A stretch of DNA of 63,331 nucleotides, filler included, from Stramenopiles sp. TOSAG23-2 (GCA_900128395.1; 57 parts of 57 records of this genome joined end to end with filler, not necessarily neighbours in it), one strand, 5' to 3'; numbered from the whole stretch's first letter, positions 23,481-35,727 are shown. Notes: a model not told the origin generated them from the sequence alone. Translations and numbers: made by a program.

Positions 23481-24494
23481 ATGTATGCCAGCGGTTTGGA
23501 GATGATGATGATGACGACGAAGACGACGATGCTTTGCGCGTCGCGGCGATGCGGTTCTCCTCCGTCGACGTCTTCTCGAAGAGAAAGCAAAGGGACGACG
23601 AGAAGGACATTCCAACAACAACAACAACAACAACAACATAAATTCGTAAAACGTTTCGCATCGTCCACTCCGGATGCGACGACGACGACCAAAAACGAAC
23701 GCGCAGAAAAAACGAAGAAAAAAGTGTTGGTGATTTCTGGGCCAACCTCGGTGGGGAAATCTGGCGTCGCCATCTCGTTGGCGAAACGATTGAACGGCGA
23801 AGTGATCTCCGCCGACTCGGTGCAAGTGTACGAACACTTAAACGTCGGTTCGGCGAAACTTTCGCGAGAGGAGATGCAATCGATTCGACACCACATGCTA
23901 GACTTGAAATCACCCATAACGGATGATTTTGACGTCGCGGAGTTTTACCAGCTGGCGAATCAGTGCATGGACGATATTCATGAAAGAGGTAAAGTACCGA
24001 TCGTGTGCGGCGGCACCGGGATGTACTTGAAATGGCTGACGGACGGGAAGCCTGACGTGCCGAAATCGACAAAAGAGAGCAGTCTAAGAGCAGAAAAGGT
24101 AGTGAAAGAGATTCGTGATAGATATAATAAGAATGCTAATGATGATAATAATAATAGTAATATTGACAAAGCATGGGATGAAGCCATCGAGTATTTAAAA
24201 CAACGAGGAGATTCGGAAACTGCTGCAAAATTAGCGCGAAACGACTGGTATCGGTTGACGAGAGCTTTAGAAATTTTAAACGTTTCTGGAGGGAAACCAA
24301 AAGGGTCTTTTCAACCAATAAAAGGCGAGAGTAGACATTTTCTCTGTTACGCATTATCGATGAATAGAATCGATTTGTATCGAAGAATGGATCAAAGAGT
24401 GGAAGAGATGGTCGCGAACGGCATATTGGATGAAGCGGCATATTTGTTGAGAGAAGGCGTGAAGCCGAATACGAATTCGGCATCGAGAGCGGTT
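23481..24494 (+). CDS. miaA: tRNA dimethylallyltransferase (MiaA/IPT9-type) with transit-peptide-like N-terminus, 5' part
   Basis: ISGPTSVGKS, GEVISADSVQVY..L.VGSAK, PIVCGGTGMYL, NDWYRL.RALE, RIDLYRR.D.RVEEM. Confidence 0.93.
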
Positions 24495-24628
24495 NNNNNN
24501 NNNNNNNNNNNNNNNNNNNNNNNNNNNNNNNNNNNNNNTTAATTAATTAANNNNNNNNNNNNNNNNNNNNNNNNNNNNNNNNNNNNNNNNNNNNTCCTAT
24601 AAACGGGTTAGTAGTAAGTTTATCCAGT

Positions 24629-25423
24629 ATGACAACGACCACTACTAGTAGTGATGGTGCAAGTGGTCAGCAACAAGCTGATCAAATGGGTAATGACAAT
24701 GTTGAAAAGGGTGAAGATCAAACTAACAGTGTAAAGCAAGAAACGACGACAAAGCAAGAACTTGTTGAATCGTTAGAAGTACAATTTTTTGATGGTGATA
24801 CAATTTATAAAGTTTATGCAAATGACACAAAAGAATTACCATATAATTCATTGCCAATGTTATTAGCCGCTTCAGAAGGAAATATTGCTAGATTAGTAGC
24901 TTTGATTGAAAATAATTCCACTAATGTTATATTAATTCGAACTGGATGTTCGTTGCTGATTAGTTTAACTGTTGGTAAAGGTGGTAGTATTAATAGTGAT
25001 GTCGATCGCAATCAAATGTTAAGTGAAACAAATTGTATAGAAGTAGCATGTTCATTATTGGCGCAAAGAAAACAATTTGTTGATGATGGCGATACAGTTG
25101 AAAGTGTATTGCGTGTTCTTTTGAATTTAGCTTGTAACGAATACAACATTCCACGAATGTGTGAAGCAAATGGAGTTGAATTAATTATACAATCCATGGA
25201 AATATTTCCACAGCATTCAGGGGTACAATATGCAGCATCAAAAACGATACATAATATGGCTATTGACAATGTTGAAATTGCAAATAAAAGTAGAACATTA
25301 GGTATCGAAGCTTTGATTAACCAAGCAATAAAACGTTTCAAGGATTACACAGCATTGAAAGATTGGGGTGAATCATCGATAAATGTTATTAAACGATTTG
25401 CTACGATTACAATTGAAACGTGA
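24629..25423 (+). CDS. Armadillo-repeat-like protein
   Basis: LRVLLNLAC, NGVELIIQSM..FPQH.GVQ.AA..TI.NMA. Confidence 0.7.
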   Translation: MTTTTTSSDGASGQQQADQMGNDNVEKGEDQTNSVKQETTTKQELVESLEVQFFDGDTIYKVYANDTKELPYNSLPMLLAASEGNIARLVALIENNSTNVILIRTGCSLLISLTVGKGGSINSDVDRNQMLSETNCIEVACSLLAQRKQFVDDGDTVESVLRVLLNLACNEYNIPRMCEANGVELIIQSMEIFPQHSGVQYAASKTIHNMAIDNVEIANKSRTLGIEALINQAIKRFKDYTALKDWGESSINVIKRFATITIET

Positions 25424-26823
25424 TTTTTTTTTCACTGAGATTAATCACGTATAAGGCTACATATAGTAGCGAGAGAGAGAGAGAGAGAGATAAAAAAGTT
25501 TTAGACTCTATAGATTATTTCCTCATGTCTCATCTATGATACTTTAAATATTTGTGACTGTTAGATTTTAACCAATATTATATGATATTAATTATCATAT
25601 CATAATTANNNNNNNNNNNNNNNNNNNNNNNNNNNNNNNNNNNNNNNNNNNNTTAATTAATTAANNNNNNNNNNNNNNNNNNNNNNNNNNNNNNNNNNNN
25701 NNNNNNNNCGATATGTTATTGTTACAATATGTACTTTTAACACTTACTGTTCCAAATGTTATCTATATATTGTACATTATACACTATATATATGTGTATA
25801 GTTTATATATTTTAAAAATGTATTTTGATCATGTTAAGGATAAGTGATGTATGTATAGATAGTATTGTAATCCTATAGTATATTAATTTTAAGTAAATAT
25901 TATATATAATCCTTAATAAATGAAAAAAGTATTTTACATTTTTTAACCAAAAATTATTTATCGTTAAACCAACCGATTTGAAAAAATAAGATAGGAATAG
26001 CATTATAATACAAAGGAATAGCATCGAGAAAAAAGTACAAACCAAAAACAAAATTAAATTTGATGAAAATAGTATTCTAATGTCCCTTTCAAGTACAAAT
26101 TATGTGGCATTTGATAGTTGGTGGTGAAAATTATTTTTTATTTCATATTCTAATTCCCCTTTCAAGTATAAATTATGTGAAATTTCCTATGTAGTTCAAA
26201 AACCTGGTCGTATTCACGTATTCACCTGCTAGCCCAAGTTTTAAATTTTCTATAACATTTCAGGAATTTTATCATATAAAAATAATCCTCAAATAACTTT
26301 CTGTAAATTGTAAATAATTATTTATTATCGGATATCATTATTCCTATTCCACTATAAATAGTCAGTTCGGTAACTTAAAACTTCTAAATCCTACAAGATA
26401 ACTCTAATTTTTGTGATTTTAATGCTATGTCATGCTAAAATCCATCGGCATCACGAGCATCATTAAAAAATTTACCGGGCTAGCTGCTAGCTACCTGCTA
26501 ATCTGGTATTCCACAACGGGTACTTATAATATACTAAATATTATAATATCTCTATCAATAGAATCAAATATGTATATAATGGTATGTCTATCGCAGATGT
26601 AAACAACAACAATCATCCAGAGAGAAAACAACCAAAACAACCGTTATAGAAGATAAAAAAATGATACATATAATATAGAAATATAGAAGATAGCAGCAAT
26701 AAATGAAATAAATGGAATGCATNNNNNNNNNNNNNNNNNNNNNNNNNNNNNNNNNNNNNNNNNNNNTTAATTAATTAANNNNNNNNNNNNNNNNNNNNNN
26801 NNNNNNNNNNNNNNNNNNNNNNA

Positions 26824-27753
26824 GAAATTGAATATAATAAGGAAGAGAGTTTGATTGCATCCATGAGTAGCGCAACAATAATTGATAGTTACAATAAAGG
26901 TTTTGTTGATAATAATGATGTGAGAAAATTAAACTCAAAAGGCCAAAATAATAAAGACTTTAATTTAAAAGCAAAACAATTAATACAATTGATTGGACCT
27001 GTAAATACTACGTATAAAAAACAAGCCTTGTTGCTGTTAAAAAAACACCATTTAAATGAAACGTATGCACGAAATATTTTTTTCAGAGAAATTTATTTAA
27101 ATAATATGAGTAATAAACACTTTGAATTGTATAATAGTGTATACAAAAAATATAATAAAATGGATAATAATAATAATAATAATAACAATCTTTTTGATCC
27201 TGTTGTCGCTATAATATCTTCCAGAGAGGAAGTGATGAATAATGCTGACTTAATTATGCGTATATGTACATATTTTCCAGGTATTGGTGATTTATATAAT
27301 TTTGGATGTTGCTGTAAATTTTTATCGAAAGAACTCCTAAGTGAGGAAACTAGTTCAACGAGTATTGTTTGGAAACGAATTGTATATAATAATTTCCAAG
27401 TCGCTAAAATGAAAGTTGACAAAAAAAGTAAGATTAATAATATAAATATTGTAAATTGGAAGCAAATCGCAAAACAAACCATTTTCATGTTTAGTTCGTT
27501 TTCTTGTCCAAAATGCAACGCATACAAGAGTATCATACCAGTTGTTTATGGCTATCCACATAAAGATTTAATCAAAGTCATGACAGCGAAGAAAATTATT
27601 CTTGGTGGAGATCATATATTTCCAAATAGCAGAATTTGGCAATGTATTAATGCCAAATGTAAAATAGCATTTCCTGTATTCCCTTATAACAATATAGCAG
27701 AAAATTTACGGGTAGATATGTGTAATCAACATAAAAAGTCAGCCAAAAGATAA
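26824..27753 (+). CDS. F-box-like protein with C-terminal Zn ribbon, 3' part
   Basis: DLIMRICTYF....L.....CK...WK, then CPKC...IIPVVYGYP...IILGG...WQC....C. Confidence 0.6.
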   Translation, partial: EIEYNKEESLIASMSSATIIDSYNKGFVDNNDVRKLNSKGQNNKDFNLKAKQLIQLIGPVNTTYKKQALLLLKKHHLNETYARNIFFREIYLNNMSNKHFELYNSVYKKYNKMDNNNNNNNNLFDPVVAIISSREEVMNNADLIMRICTYFPGIGDLYNFGCCCKFLSKELLSEETSSTSIVWKRIVYNNFQVAKMKVDKKSKINNINIVNWKQIAKQTIFMFSSFSCPKCNAYKSIIPVVYGYPHKDLIKVMTAKKIILGGDHIFPNSRIWQCINAKCKIAFPVFPYNNIAENLRVDMCNQHKKSAKR

Positions 27754-27961
27754 AAAAAAATGTTTTTAACGTGTGTGTAATACAAGGGTGTAGTATATAT
27801 AAAAAATTCTCTTATTTAATATATATATAACCCCATNNNNNNNNNNNNNNNNNNNNNNNNNNNNNNNNNNNNNNNNNNNNTTAATTAATTAANNNNNNNN
27901 NNNNNNNNNNNNNNNNNNNNNNNNNNNNNNNNNNNNATGGTTTTTATTTTAATATTTTTTT

Positions 27962-27985
27962 CAAGCAGAAGACGGCATACGAGAT
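27962..27985 (+). other. Illumina P7 adapter (artefact)
   Basis: Exact CAAGCAGAAGACGGCATACGAGAT. Confidence 0.97.
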
Positions 27986-27987
27986 AA

Positions 27988-28950
27988 GAGAGGAAAGACA
28001 TCGCGTTTCAACGTTTGGAAGCGAAAACGAGAGGAAAAGAAAACGGAGAACTGTGCGAGAGTGAAAATCGTAAACTGTTCGTCCCGGAGTTGAAAATAGG
28101 GACGTTAGATTCGTTGTTAGCGTTATCGGACGATTTACAGAAGATTAACGGGCAAATAGAAAACGTGACGCAGAAAATAAAGCGTCAGATTCAAGAGATT
28201 GGCGAACACATTGCCAAAGAATCCATACGACAAAGACGGGACGACAATAACGAGAATAATAATAATAGCAACGAAGCGTTCGCCCCGCAAGTGATATTAA
28301 CCGTAGATGGCGTTCCAACTGAGCAGTATCTTGCGGAATTCAAATGGGACGAGGCTAAAAATCCAGCAAAACGACAACTAAGAGAAACCGTGGAGAAGAT
28401 AACCGAGAACGTCGCGAAGATTGATGATGAGCTGAAGATGAAGTTGGGCGAGTACGTCATGGCAAAGAATTCGTTGTCAACGGTTGTGAGGAAAACGCAA
28501 GGATCGTTAGCGACGAGAGATTTAGGTGACCTCGTGAGAGAAGAAGATATGATTGAAACTGAAAATTTGACGACTTTGTTGGTCACCATTCCAAAGTTTT
28601 CAACGCAAGACTGGCTGGATTCTTATGAAACTTTGGCGCAGTTTGTCGTCCCTCGATCATCCAAAATGTTGAAGGAAGAGAGCGATTACGCCTTGTTCAC
28701 TGTAACTTTGTTTAGAAGAACGGTCGATTCGTTTAAGAATGCCGTGAGAGAAAAGAATGGGTCGTTCCAAGTACGAGAGTATAGCTACAACAAGGAGAAA
28801 ATTACGGAGAATAAAGAAGAGAAGCAAAGTTTAGAAGAGGAAGTTGAGAGACGAAGAATCGAATTGTACGAGTGGTGTCAAACTTCGTACGGAGAAGTTG
28901 TTTCGTCGTGGATACCCGTCGTCGTAGTTCGTTTGTTCGTGGAGAGTATT
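27988..28950 (+). CDS. VMA5: V-type ATPase subunit C, fragment
   Basis: PELKIGTLDSLLALSDDL, FKWDEAK, RKTQGSLATRDL, YETLAQFVVPRSS, VRLFVESI. Confidence 0.95.
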
Positions 28951-29203
28951 NNNNNNNNNNNNNNNNNNNNNNNNNNNNNNNNNNNNNNNNNNNNTTAATT
29001 AATTAANNNNNNNNNNNNNNNNNNNNNNNNNNNNNNNNNNNNNNNNNNNNATACCTGTAATAATAATAATATAATAATACTGCTGTACATACAATTATTT
29101 GAATATTTGATATATTTGTCTAAAAAACTAAAATAAAAGTTTGTTCCATTCTTGGTATGAAAAACCAAGAAATTAATTAAAGTTTACAACAAAAAAAACT
29201 GCA

Positions 29204-29615
29204 ATGGTAAGTAATTTATCTAATTCACCACAATCTTCTCTCAGCATTTCGCTGTAACAGCTAAATGCATAGTATAACTTAACTAACAATAATATATATC
29301 GTCCATGTATAGTCTGAAATCGAGGAAACACTAGAAAGAATCAAAAACGTTAAAGGCGTTGAGAACTATGTAATTGTTGATAAAGAAGGTACAGTAATAA
29401 GAAAATATCCAGGCATGTCAGTTACTAGAGCAGAGCAGTTTGCTGCATATTTTAGAAAATTAGCCAACCAAGCAAGCCATGTTGTACGCGATGTTGATCC
29501 AGAGGACAGGTTAACGCATTTTCGTTTGAGAGCTAATAAACATGAAATTTTGGTATCTGAAGGTTCGGACTACATGGTGGTTATACAGCATCGTTGGACA
29601 CCAGCTATGAGTTAA
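29204..29615 (+). CDS. DYNLRB: Dynein light chain roadblock; exon1 = ATG 29204-29206, intron 29207-29312, exon2 29313-29615
   Basis: Splicing gives MSEIEETLERIKNVKGV...VRDVDPEDRLTHFRLR..KHEILV. Intron reads GTAAGT..CTAAC..TAG. Confidence 0.92.
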
Positions 29616-31276
29616 TATGCTTTTGCTGAATAATTCGTATATATGAATATATGATATTATGATAATACTTATGCATTTCATGCAGTGATTGCATCTGTTT
29701 AACTCCTCAATTATTGCTTCGTACATTTTAGAAATAATGGTACGTTTCGCGGACTAGGATATACGATGTATCATCTGTATTCAATTACAGTGAGATAGAT
29801 ATTAATGTTGGCTTGGTTAATATATTCTTTGGAGAGTAGGAATTATCACCGAGAATACGTAGAAAATAAAAAGAATTAACATAGGCAAATATGTTTACTG
29901 TATATATATATATATATGTATATATGTATAATTTAAGATACATTTACTGTAATATATTACGCGTATATATAATAATTATAATTTAATATAAAAAATTCTC
30001 TTATTTAAATAAGTTAAAGATTTTATTATTTTTAAAGATAAATATATATATATAATATATATANNNNNNNNNNNNNNNNNNNNNNNNNNNNNNNNNNNNN
30101 NNNNNNNTTAATTAATTAANNNNNNNNNNNNNNNNNNNNNNNNNNNNNNNNNNNNNNNNNNNNATGTATTTGTGTTAAATAATAAATAATATATACGTTT
30201 AAATAGCTAAGATTTGTTATATTTATTTTTTTGTTAGTTTGTTTGTTTTGACCATATGTTTATGTTCAACAATGTGGTATGTTTTTCTCTCTCTCTCTCC
30301 ATTTTTGATGCATTTCTAGCCACTGGCTAGCCATGTTAATGGTTTTAGTCGTCTGTAATAATGTGTGCGAGTATTAATAGCATGGAAATAGGCACCAGAA
30401 AGTTATTCACTGGACCACGACGTCGCAATTTCCATAAAAGATGGCTCTACACACCTTTTTACAGGAGGATACTACTGTAGTTGCAGGACATCGGAACCCA
30501 GCCCAGTCAATTTTTTTCAGTGAACGATACGTTAGCATGGAATAGCATTGAGGTCCAAAATAATGTATCGTTCATTATCGTTCACTGATGCTGTGTCCAT
30601 GCTAGATAAAAGATGAAAAAATGAGATTTATCGTTCAATAAAATTGTTCTAAATTTTGGGAATCTGAAAATAAAAATATGGAAATCATATTAAATAATTT
30701 CAAACCAGCACGTAGTAAATAAATAATAATAATAAATAACTAAATGAAATACAACTACCAGGTCGGTACCATAGGACTTCAACATATTTATGGTAACTAA
30801 AAAATTGTTATGTATAACATACTCTCTTCGTAAACATGATATACACGTATATATATATAGATATATATATATATATATGTATGTATGTATATATGTATAA
30901 AGATTATTTGATTTCGTTAGAGGAAACCATCAATACTAATATATATATATGTATTGTATATTTATTTTTTTTGATTTTAGTATAAGAAACCAACAACACT
31001 TACAAAATGAGCAAAAAGAACCCCCAGGGTTAAGAGAAGAATATATATATATTCCATATCCTCGTAGTATGATGTGTAATGAAATAATATTTTAACACAT
31101 CCTATAGTGTGTAATTTTATTTTATATTTAATATTTTACGGATATTGTTATAGATTATTTTCATGTAGCCAAAAAANNNNNNNNNNNNNNNNNNNNNNNN
31201 NNNNNNNNNNNNNNNNNNNNTTAATTAATTAANNNNNNNNNNNNNNNNNNNNNNNNNNNNNNNNNNNNNNNNNNNN

Positions 31277-31803
31277 GATGTTGGTGGGGCAACTTTGCTT
31301 GTAGCAGTGGATGTTTGTTGTTGCGCAGGAGCAGATACTGTTTCAGCTGGTTCTGCCTTTTCCTCCACAACCTCATCATCTCCTTCTTCATCCTCTGTTT
31401 CAAAGACATCTTTGCTGAAGATACGAAGTACATCAACTAGTAAGTAATAATTACTTGCCTTTTTCTTTCTTAGAATGAAATTATGACTGAAGATTTGCCA
31501 TGGTGACATATCAATTTTAATTTTTCCAACAACAACGCAAGAAATACTTTGGTCATCAATCAAGGTAAAATGTCGCTCTAAAACTTCCAAGTCAGTCATC
31601 TGTTCCGATATCGTTGCCAATTTTGCTTTAACTTCATCCCTCCCATCTGCTACGTATTCAGTGTCGTTAAATTTGTAAGATACTTTTGACTCTTTACCCA
31701 TGAATTTTACAACATTTGTAACACCACTTACATTGTCATCATTCGCTAGTATTGCATTATAGTAAGCTCGCATAAAGGCGCCGACAATCTTTTCTTCTGA
31801 CAT
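31277..31803 (-). CDS. NTF2-domain protein (G3BP/Bre5-like), 5' part
   Basis: IVGAFMRAYY, VVVGKI, FSHNFIL, YYLLVDVLR, followed by an acidic linker. Confidence 0.75.
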
Positions 31804-32475
31804 TTTTTTGTAAAATTTTTGATGTAGTTATTATTATTAAAAAATATAAAGTGATATTGTTTGTGTATTACGTATACGCCTCTGTATTAGTAATATGTAT
31901 GTATGTATATATATAATACGAATCAATATATGTATATAACTATACAATTTGTATATGTATACTTTTTCTTATATGTATATATATAGTTTTTGTTTTTAGT
32001 ATAATTATTATTATACCAGACGACTACGAATATTAATAAAATGATATGTCTTTGAAAATAAATAAATATATTATCGATCTATCTACTATATTATATATGT
32101 ATATGTATATAAACAATATAAAATATCGATACTTTGTTATCTATCTATTTGTACTTATATATATCTATCTATATATTCTCTTCTATCTTTATTTTCGATC
32201 TATATATCTCTATATCAGTTCGTATGTATTGTTCTATTGTTGTAATGACGACTTTCTACTTCTTCTTGTAGTCGTCATATATATTTAGTNNNNNNNNNNN
32301 NNNNNNNNNNNNNNNNNNNNNNNNNNNNNNNNNTTAATTAATTAANNNNNNNNNNNNNNNNNNNNNNNNNNNNNNNNNNNNNNNNNNNNTCATGAAGGTG
32401 CGTGGGGACAAGGTAGATATATATTAATATAAATATAATATATAAAATATATAAAATATATAAAAAGAAATCAAT

Positions 32476-32868
32476 ATGTGGGGTATAAAAAAGACTATTT
32501 ACGACAGACAAAACAACATTATTAAATCTGCAATACAAAAGTATGCACGCAGGTGCGATTATTATAAAATGAGCAAATGTTGTCTAGAATTATTGGACAG
32601 TGGTTCTGGACGAGCAGCACTATACCATAGAGATATCAAACCGGACAATGTATTGATCAAAGGTGATTCTGTATGGTTGTGTGATTTTGGCTTATCGCGT
32701 CAACATTGCAATGAATTTTCTAATGGCACTGGTTCTGTACAAACGGAATACTACAGAGCCCCAGAGATATGGAAAAAGACCGGGGTTTATACAGATACAT
32801 CGGATATATGGGCAGTAGGTTGTATTTATTACAAACTAATACATAATGAGCAACGATTTAAAAAATGA
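32476..32868 (+). CDS. Truncated or chimeric Ser/Thr kinase (partial C-lobe only) with an unrelated N-terminus
   Basis: HRDIKPDN, DFG, YRAPE and DIWAVGC are present; Gly loop and VAIK are absent. N-terminus has KSAIQKYARRCD. Confidence 0.75.
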   Translation: MWGIKKTIYDRQNNIIKSAIQKYARRCDYYKMSKCCLELLDSGSGRAALYHRDIKPDNVLIKGDSVWLCDFGLSRQHCNEFSNGTGSVQTEYYRAPEIWKKTGVYTDTSDIWAVGCIYYKLIHNEQRFKK

Positions 32869-32915
32869 AGAATCTAGTTGCATGATAGTATAAATAGAAA
32901 ACGAATGTATCTTAA

Positions 32916-33140
32916 ATGAAAATAGATTTACCATTAACTTTAGATTTAACTGAATGGGAAAATACCTTTACTATTATATTGATAGTCCTTGGAGGTATAT
33001 TATTTTTGTCCGTGTTATCGTGTGTATGTAGATTGGTAGGATGGATGGAGTGGATTTATAAGGGATTATGTTGTTACTGTAGGAGACCAAAGACCGGGAA
33101 TAAAGAGGAGAGGAGTAATTTACTGAGGCAAGAAGTATGA
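32916..33140 (+). CDS. Small single-pass membrane protein with Cys cluster and basic tail
   Basis: 74 aa; TM TIILIVLGGILFLSVLSCVC, then LCCYCRRPK. Preceded by TATAAATA and TAAATG. Confidence 0.6.
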   Translation: MKIDLPLTLDLTEWENTFTIILIVLGGILFLSVLSCVCRLVGWMEWIYKGLCCYCRRPKTGNKEERSNLLRQEV

Positions 33141-33502
33141 AAAAACTCAAAATATTGGTAGTCTTTTTTTGTACTAAAAATATATTTTCAACAATGAATG
33201 AAAATATTTAATATATATAATCAAATAATAAAATAAAATAAATAAATATAATATAATTTTTTTTATATACATCATACATATATATATATATATATCCATA
33301 GAACATCTATCGAAACGTTATTAAGCATCTATTGAACACACGTGCATATTAAATATAGATATAGATATATATAGATATATATATACATAGGTAGATTTAA
33401 ATNNNNNNNNNNNNNNNNNNNNNNNNNNNNNNNNNNNNNNNNNNNNTTAATTAATTAANNNNNNNNNNNNNNNNNNNNNNNNNNNNNNNNNNNNNNNNNN
33501 NN

Positions 33503-34514
33503 ATCTCCATCTGTAAATTAGAAGGGCAATTGTGCCTATTGAAGTAATAATAGGGATCGCATTCACTGGCTTTAAACACATTCCACAGATTAGCCAAAAT
33601 AAAGGCGTTCCAACTAGGAACCCCAGATACCCCAAAATTAATGAGCACAAAACTTTTACGATATTTGATCTTATGCGAACCACGATATATCTTGATGCAA
33701 GCGACCATTCAACTGCACCAACAGACAAAAAGAATTGAACATATAGAACACCATACAATAATAAAAATTGCAGGTCCTCATCCATATGGGCATCAACAGC
33801 AACATTTTTTATTTGATATAACAAATGATATTGAACTAATATTGGGAACGAAAACAATATGACCAAATAAAGTGGCACAAGTACAAAAAGTTCATACCAA
33901 AACAAAGTTTCATCAGGTCTATCATCAAGTTTTTTTTGTTGGAGCAGAAATACATGTTCACCGGTTGTTTTAAACGATGGTTCTGCATGGTAAAGATTTT
34001 TATACACTGTTCTACAATTATGCGAACGACATAATATAGTGTTTATCGGAAACCCACTTTGTTCCTTGGTGTATGATAACTGTTTCATTACTTCGGTGTA
34101 CGGTCTTTCGTAATGTAACATTGAAAGGCTAAGATGCAAACTGTATAACTCATAGATATTTACAAGTTCTTCCCATGTTGTGGAAAACCGGAAAGGCTTT
34201 TCTTTAAGTGCATTAACAGATTCATTTCCTGCTGGAGCTGTATCATTTTTATCAGAAGCCTCAACAGCAGTATTTCTTATATATCGATAGGTCCACTTTA
34301 TAATATCTTTCCTTTCTTCGTCTCCTGCAGTATTTTGTTCTTCATCATCATCTGATCCATTATTATTTTGTGCATCTTCATAGCAACATAATAAATGAAA
34401 TAAAACATTTGTTAAAAATTCTGTTTCTATGCTTTTTCTTTTCAAAGAATTGTGATCTCTTTTATTTTTCTCTATTTTTGTCCGCAAAACAGTGAGAAAT
34501 TGAAGAATATTCAC
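33503..34514 (-). CDS. Multi-pass membrane hypothetical protein, fragment
   Basis: ORF spans the contig, with several hydrophobic segments. Confidence 0.7.
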
Positions 34515-34619
34515 CNNNNNNNNNNNNNNNNNNNNNNNNNNNNNNNNNNNNNNNNNNNNTTAATTAATTAANNNNNNNNNNNNNNNNNNNNNNNNNNNNN
34601 NNNNNNNNNNNNNNNTATA

Positions 34620-35591
34620 TTGCAAGGTAATTTAGCTGCTGAAGCATCGATTTATCTAGAAAAAGGTAAATTATACCGTCATAAAGGTTTGGTTGAAAAA
34701 GCACTGAGTTTCTTAGAAAAGGCATTAAAAATGAGTTTGATGCCAACAGGTAGAAAAGAAATTTTGATAAAGGTGTATAAAGAAATTGGCGTGGTAGAAA
34801 GTGCTCAATATAAGCATAAGATGGCATTAACATCACTAAATTTGGCTTTAAAGGTAGTGTTACAAGAAGGTGTGAAAACAAGTGAACGCAGTATTTCAGA
34901 ACTGTACAATGATATTGCTATAATATATAAGAATATGGAAAAATATGAAAAGGCGGCCGATTATTGTAATGGTTCTTTGTCCATAAGACGGATTGTATTA
35001 GGTTCCAATCACCCTGATGTTGCCAAGTGCTTAAATACACTTGGCAATATATATAAAGACAAATCGATTTTGCTTCGATCCTCTAAGAATGGATCTAATA
35101 TAGATAAGGTAATATCTGGCTTCACGAAAGCTCTAGCATTTTATGAATCTAGTTTAGCCATTCAGCTCACGGTCTTTGGTAAATATAATCATTTTGTTGG
35201 TAAGAGTTATCACAATATTGGCGTGGTATATCGCCATTTGGCAGCGTTATTTCCAAAAAAAGAATATGCAGAAAACGAATCATCTATACCACCTGGTTTA
35301 ATGATGATGCAAATGTCAGTCAATGCTTTCGAACCTTTTGGACCTGTAAAAACTGAAAATGATCAAGATGTTAAGATGAAATATTATGACAAATCTTTAG
35401 AAAACTTTATAAAGATGGAGGATATATATCATAAAGTATTTGGCGATAGTCATCCTGAATTGGCTGATGCATATAATAGCAAAGCGTGTTTATTTCAAGA
35501 TTTTTCTAAATGCAACGAAGCCTTAGACTTATACAATAAAGCTTTAGAAATGTACATGTTGTTTTACGAAACTTCACACACAAATCGATAA
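34620..35591 (+). CDS. Kinesin-light-chain/NPHP3-type TPR protein
   Basis: LG.NHPDVAKCLNTLG.IY, SYHNIGVVY, FGDSHPELADAYN repeats. Confidence 0.88.
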   Translation: MQGNLAAEASIYLEKGKLYRHKGLVEKALSFLEKALKMSLMPTGRKEILIKVYKEIGVVESAQYKHKMALTSLNLALKVVLQEGVKTSERSISELYNDIAIIYKNMEKYEKAADYCNGSLSIRRIVLGSNHPDVAKCLNTLGNIYKDKSILLRSSKNGSNIDKVISGFTKALAFYESSLAIQLTVFGKYNHFVGKSYHNIGVVYRHLAALFPKKEYAENESSIPPGLMMMQMSVNAFEPFGPVKTENDQDVKMKYYDKSLENFIKMEDIYHKVFGDSHPELADAYNSKACLFQDFSKCNEALDLYNKALEMYMLFYETSHTNR

Positions 35592-35727
35592 CACCCCTTA
35601 AATTTATCGTAATAATAATGAGTGCTANNNNNNNNNNNNNNNNNNNNNNNNNNNNNNNNNNNNNNNNNNNNTTAATTAATTAANNNNNNNNNNNNNNNNN
35701 NNNNNNNNNNNNNNNNNNNNNNNNNNN

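Noticed and set aside
23424-24072. Long antisense ORFs over miaA (and similar shadow ORFs elsewhere)
   Set aside because: Shadows of real genes or of low-complexity tracts, many ending in the linker stops.
26228-26484. MITE bounded by GCTAGCCC/GGGCTAGC
   Set aside because: Only an 8-bp inverted match of a locally common motif, with no TSD.
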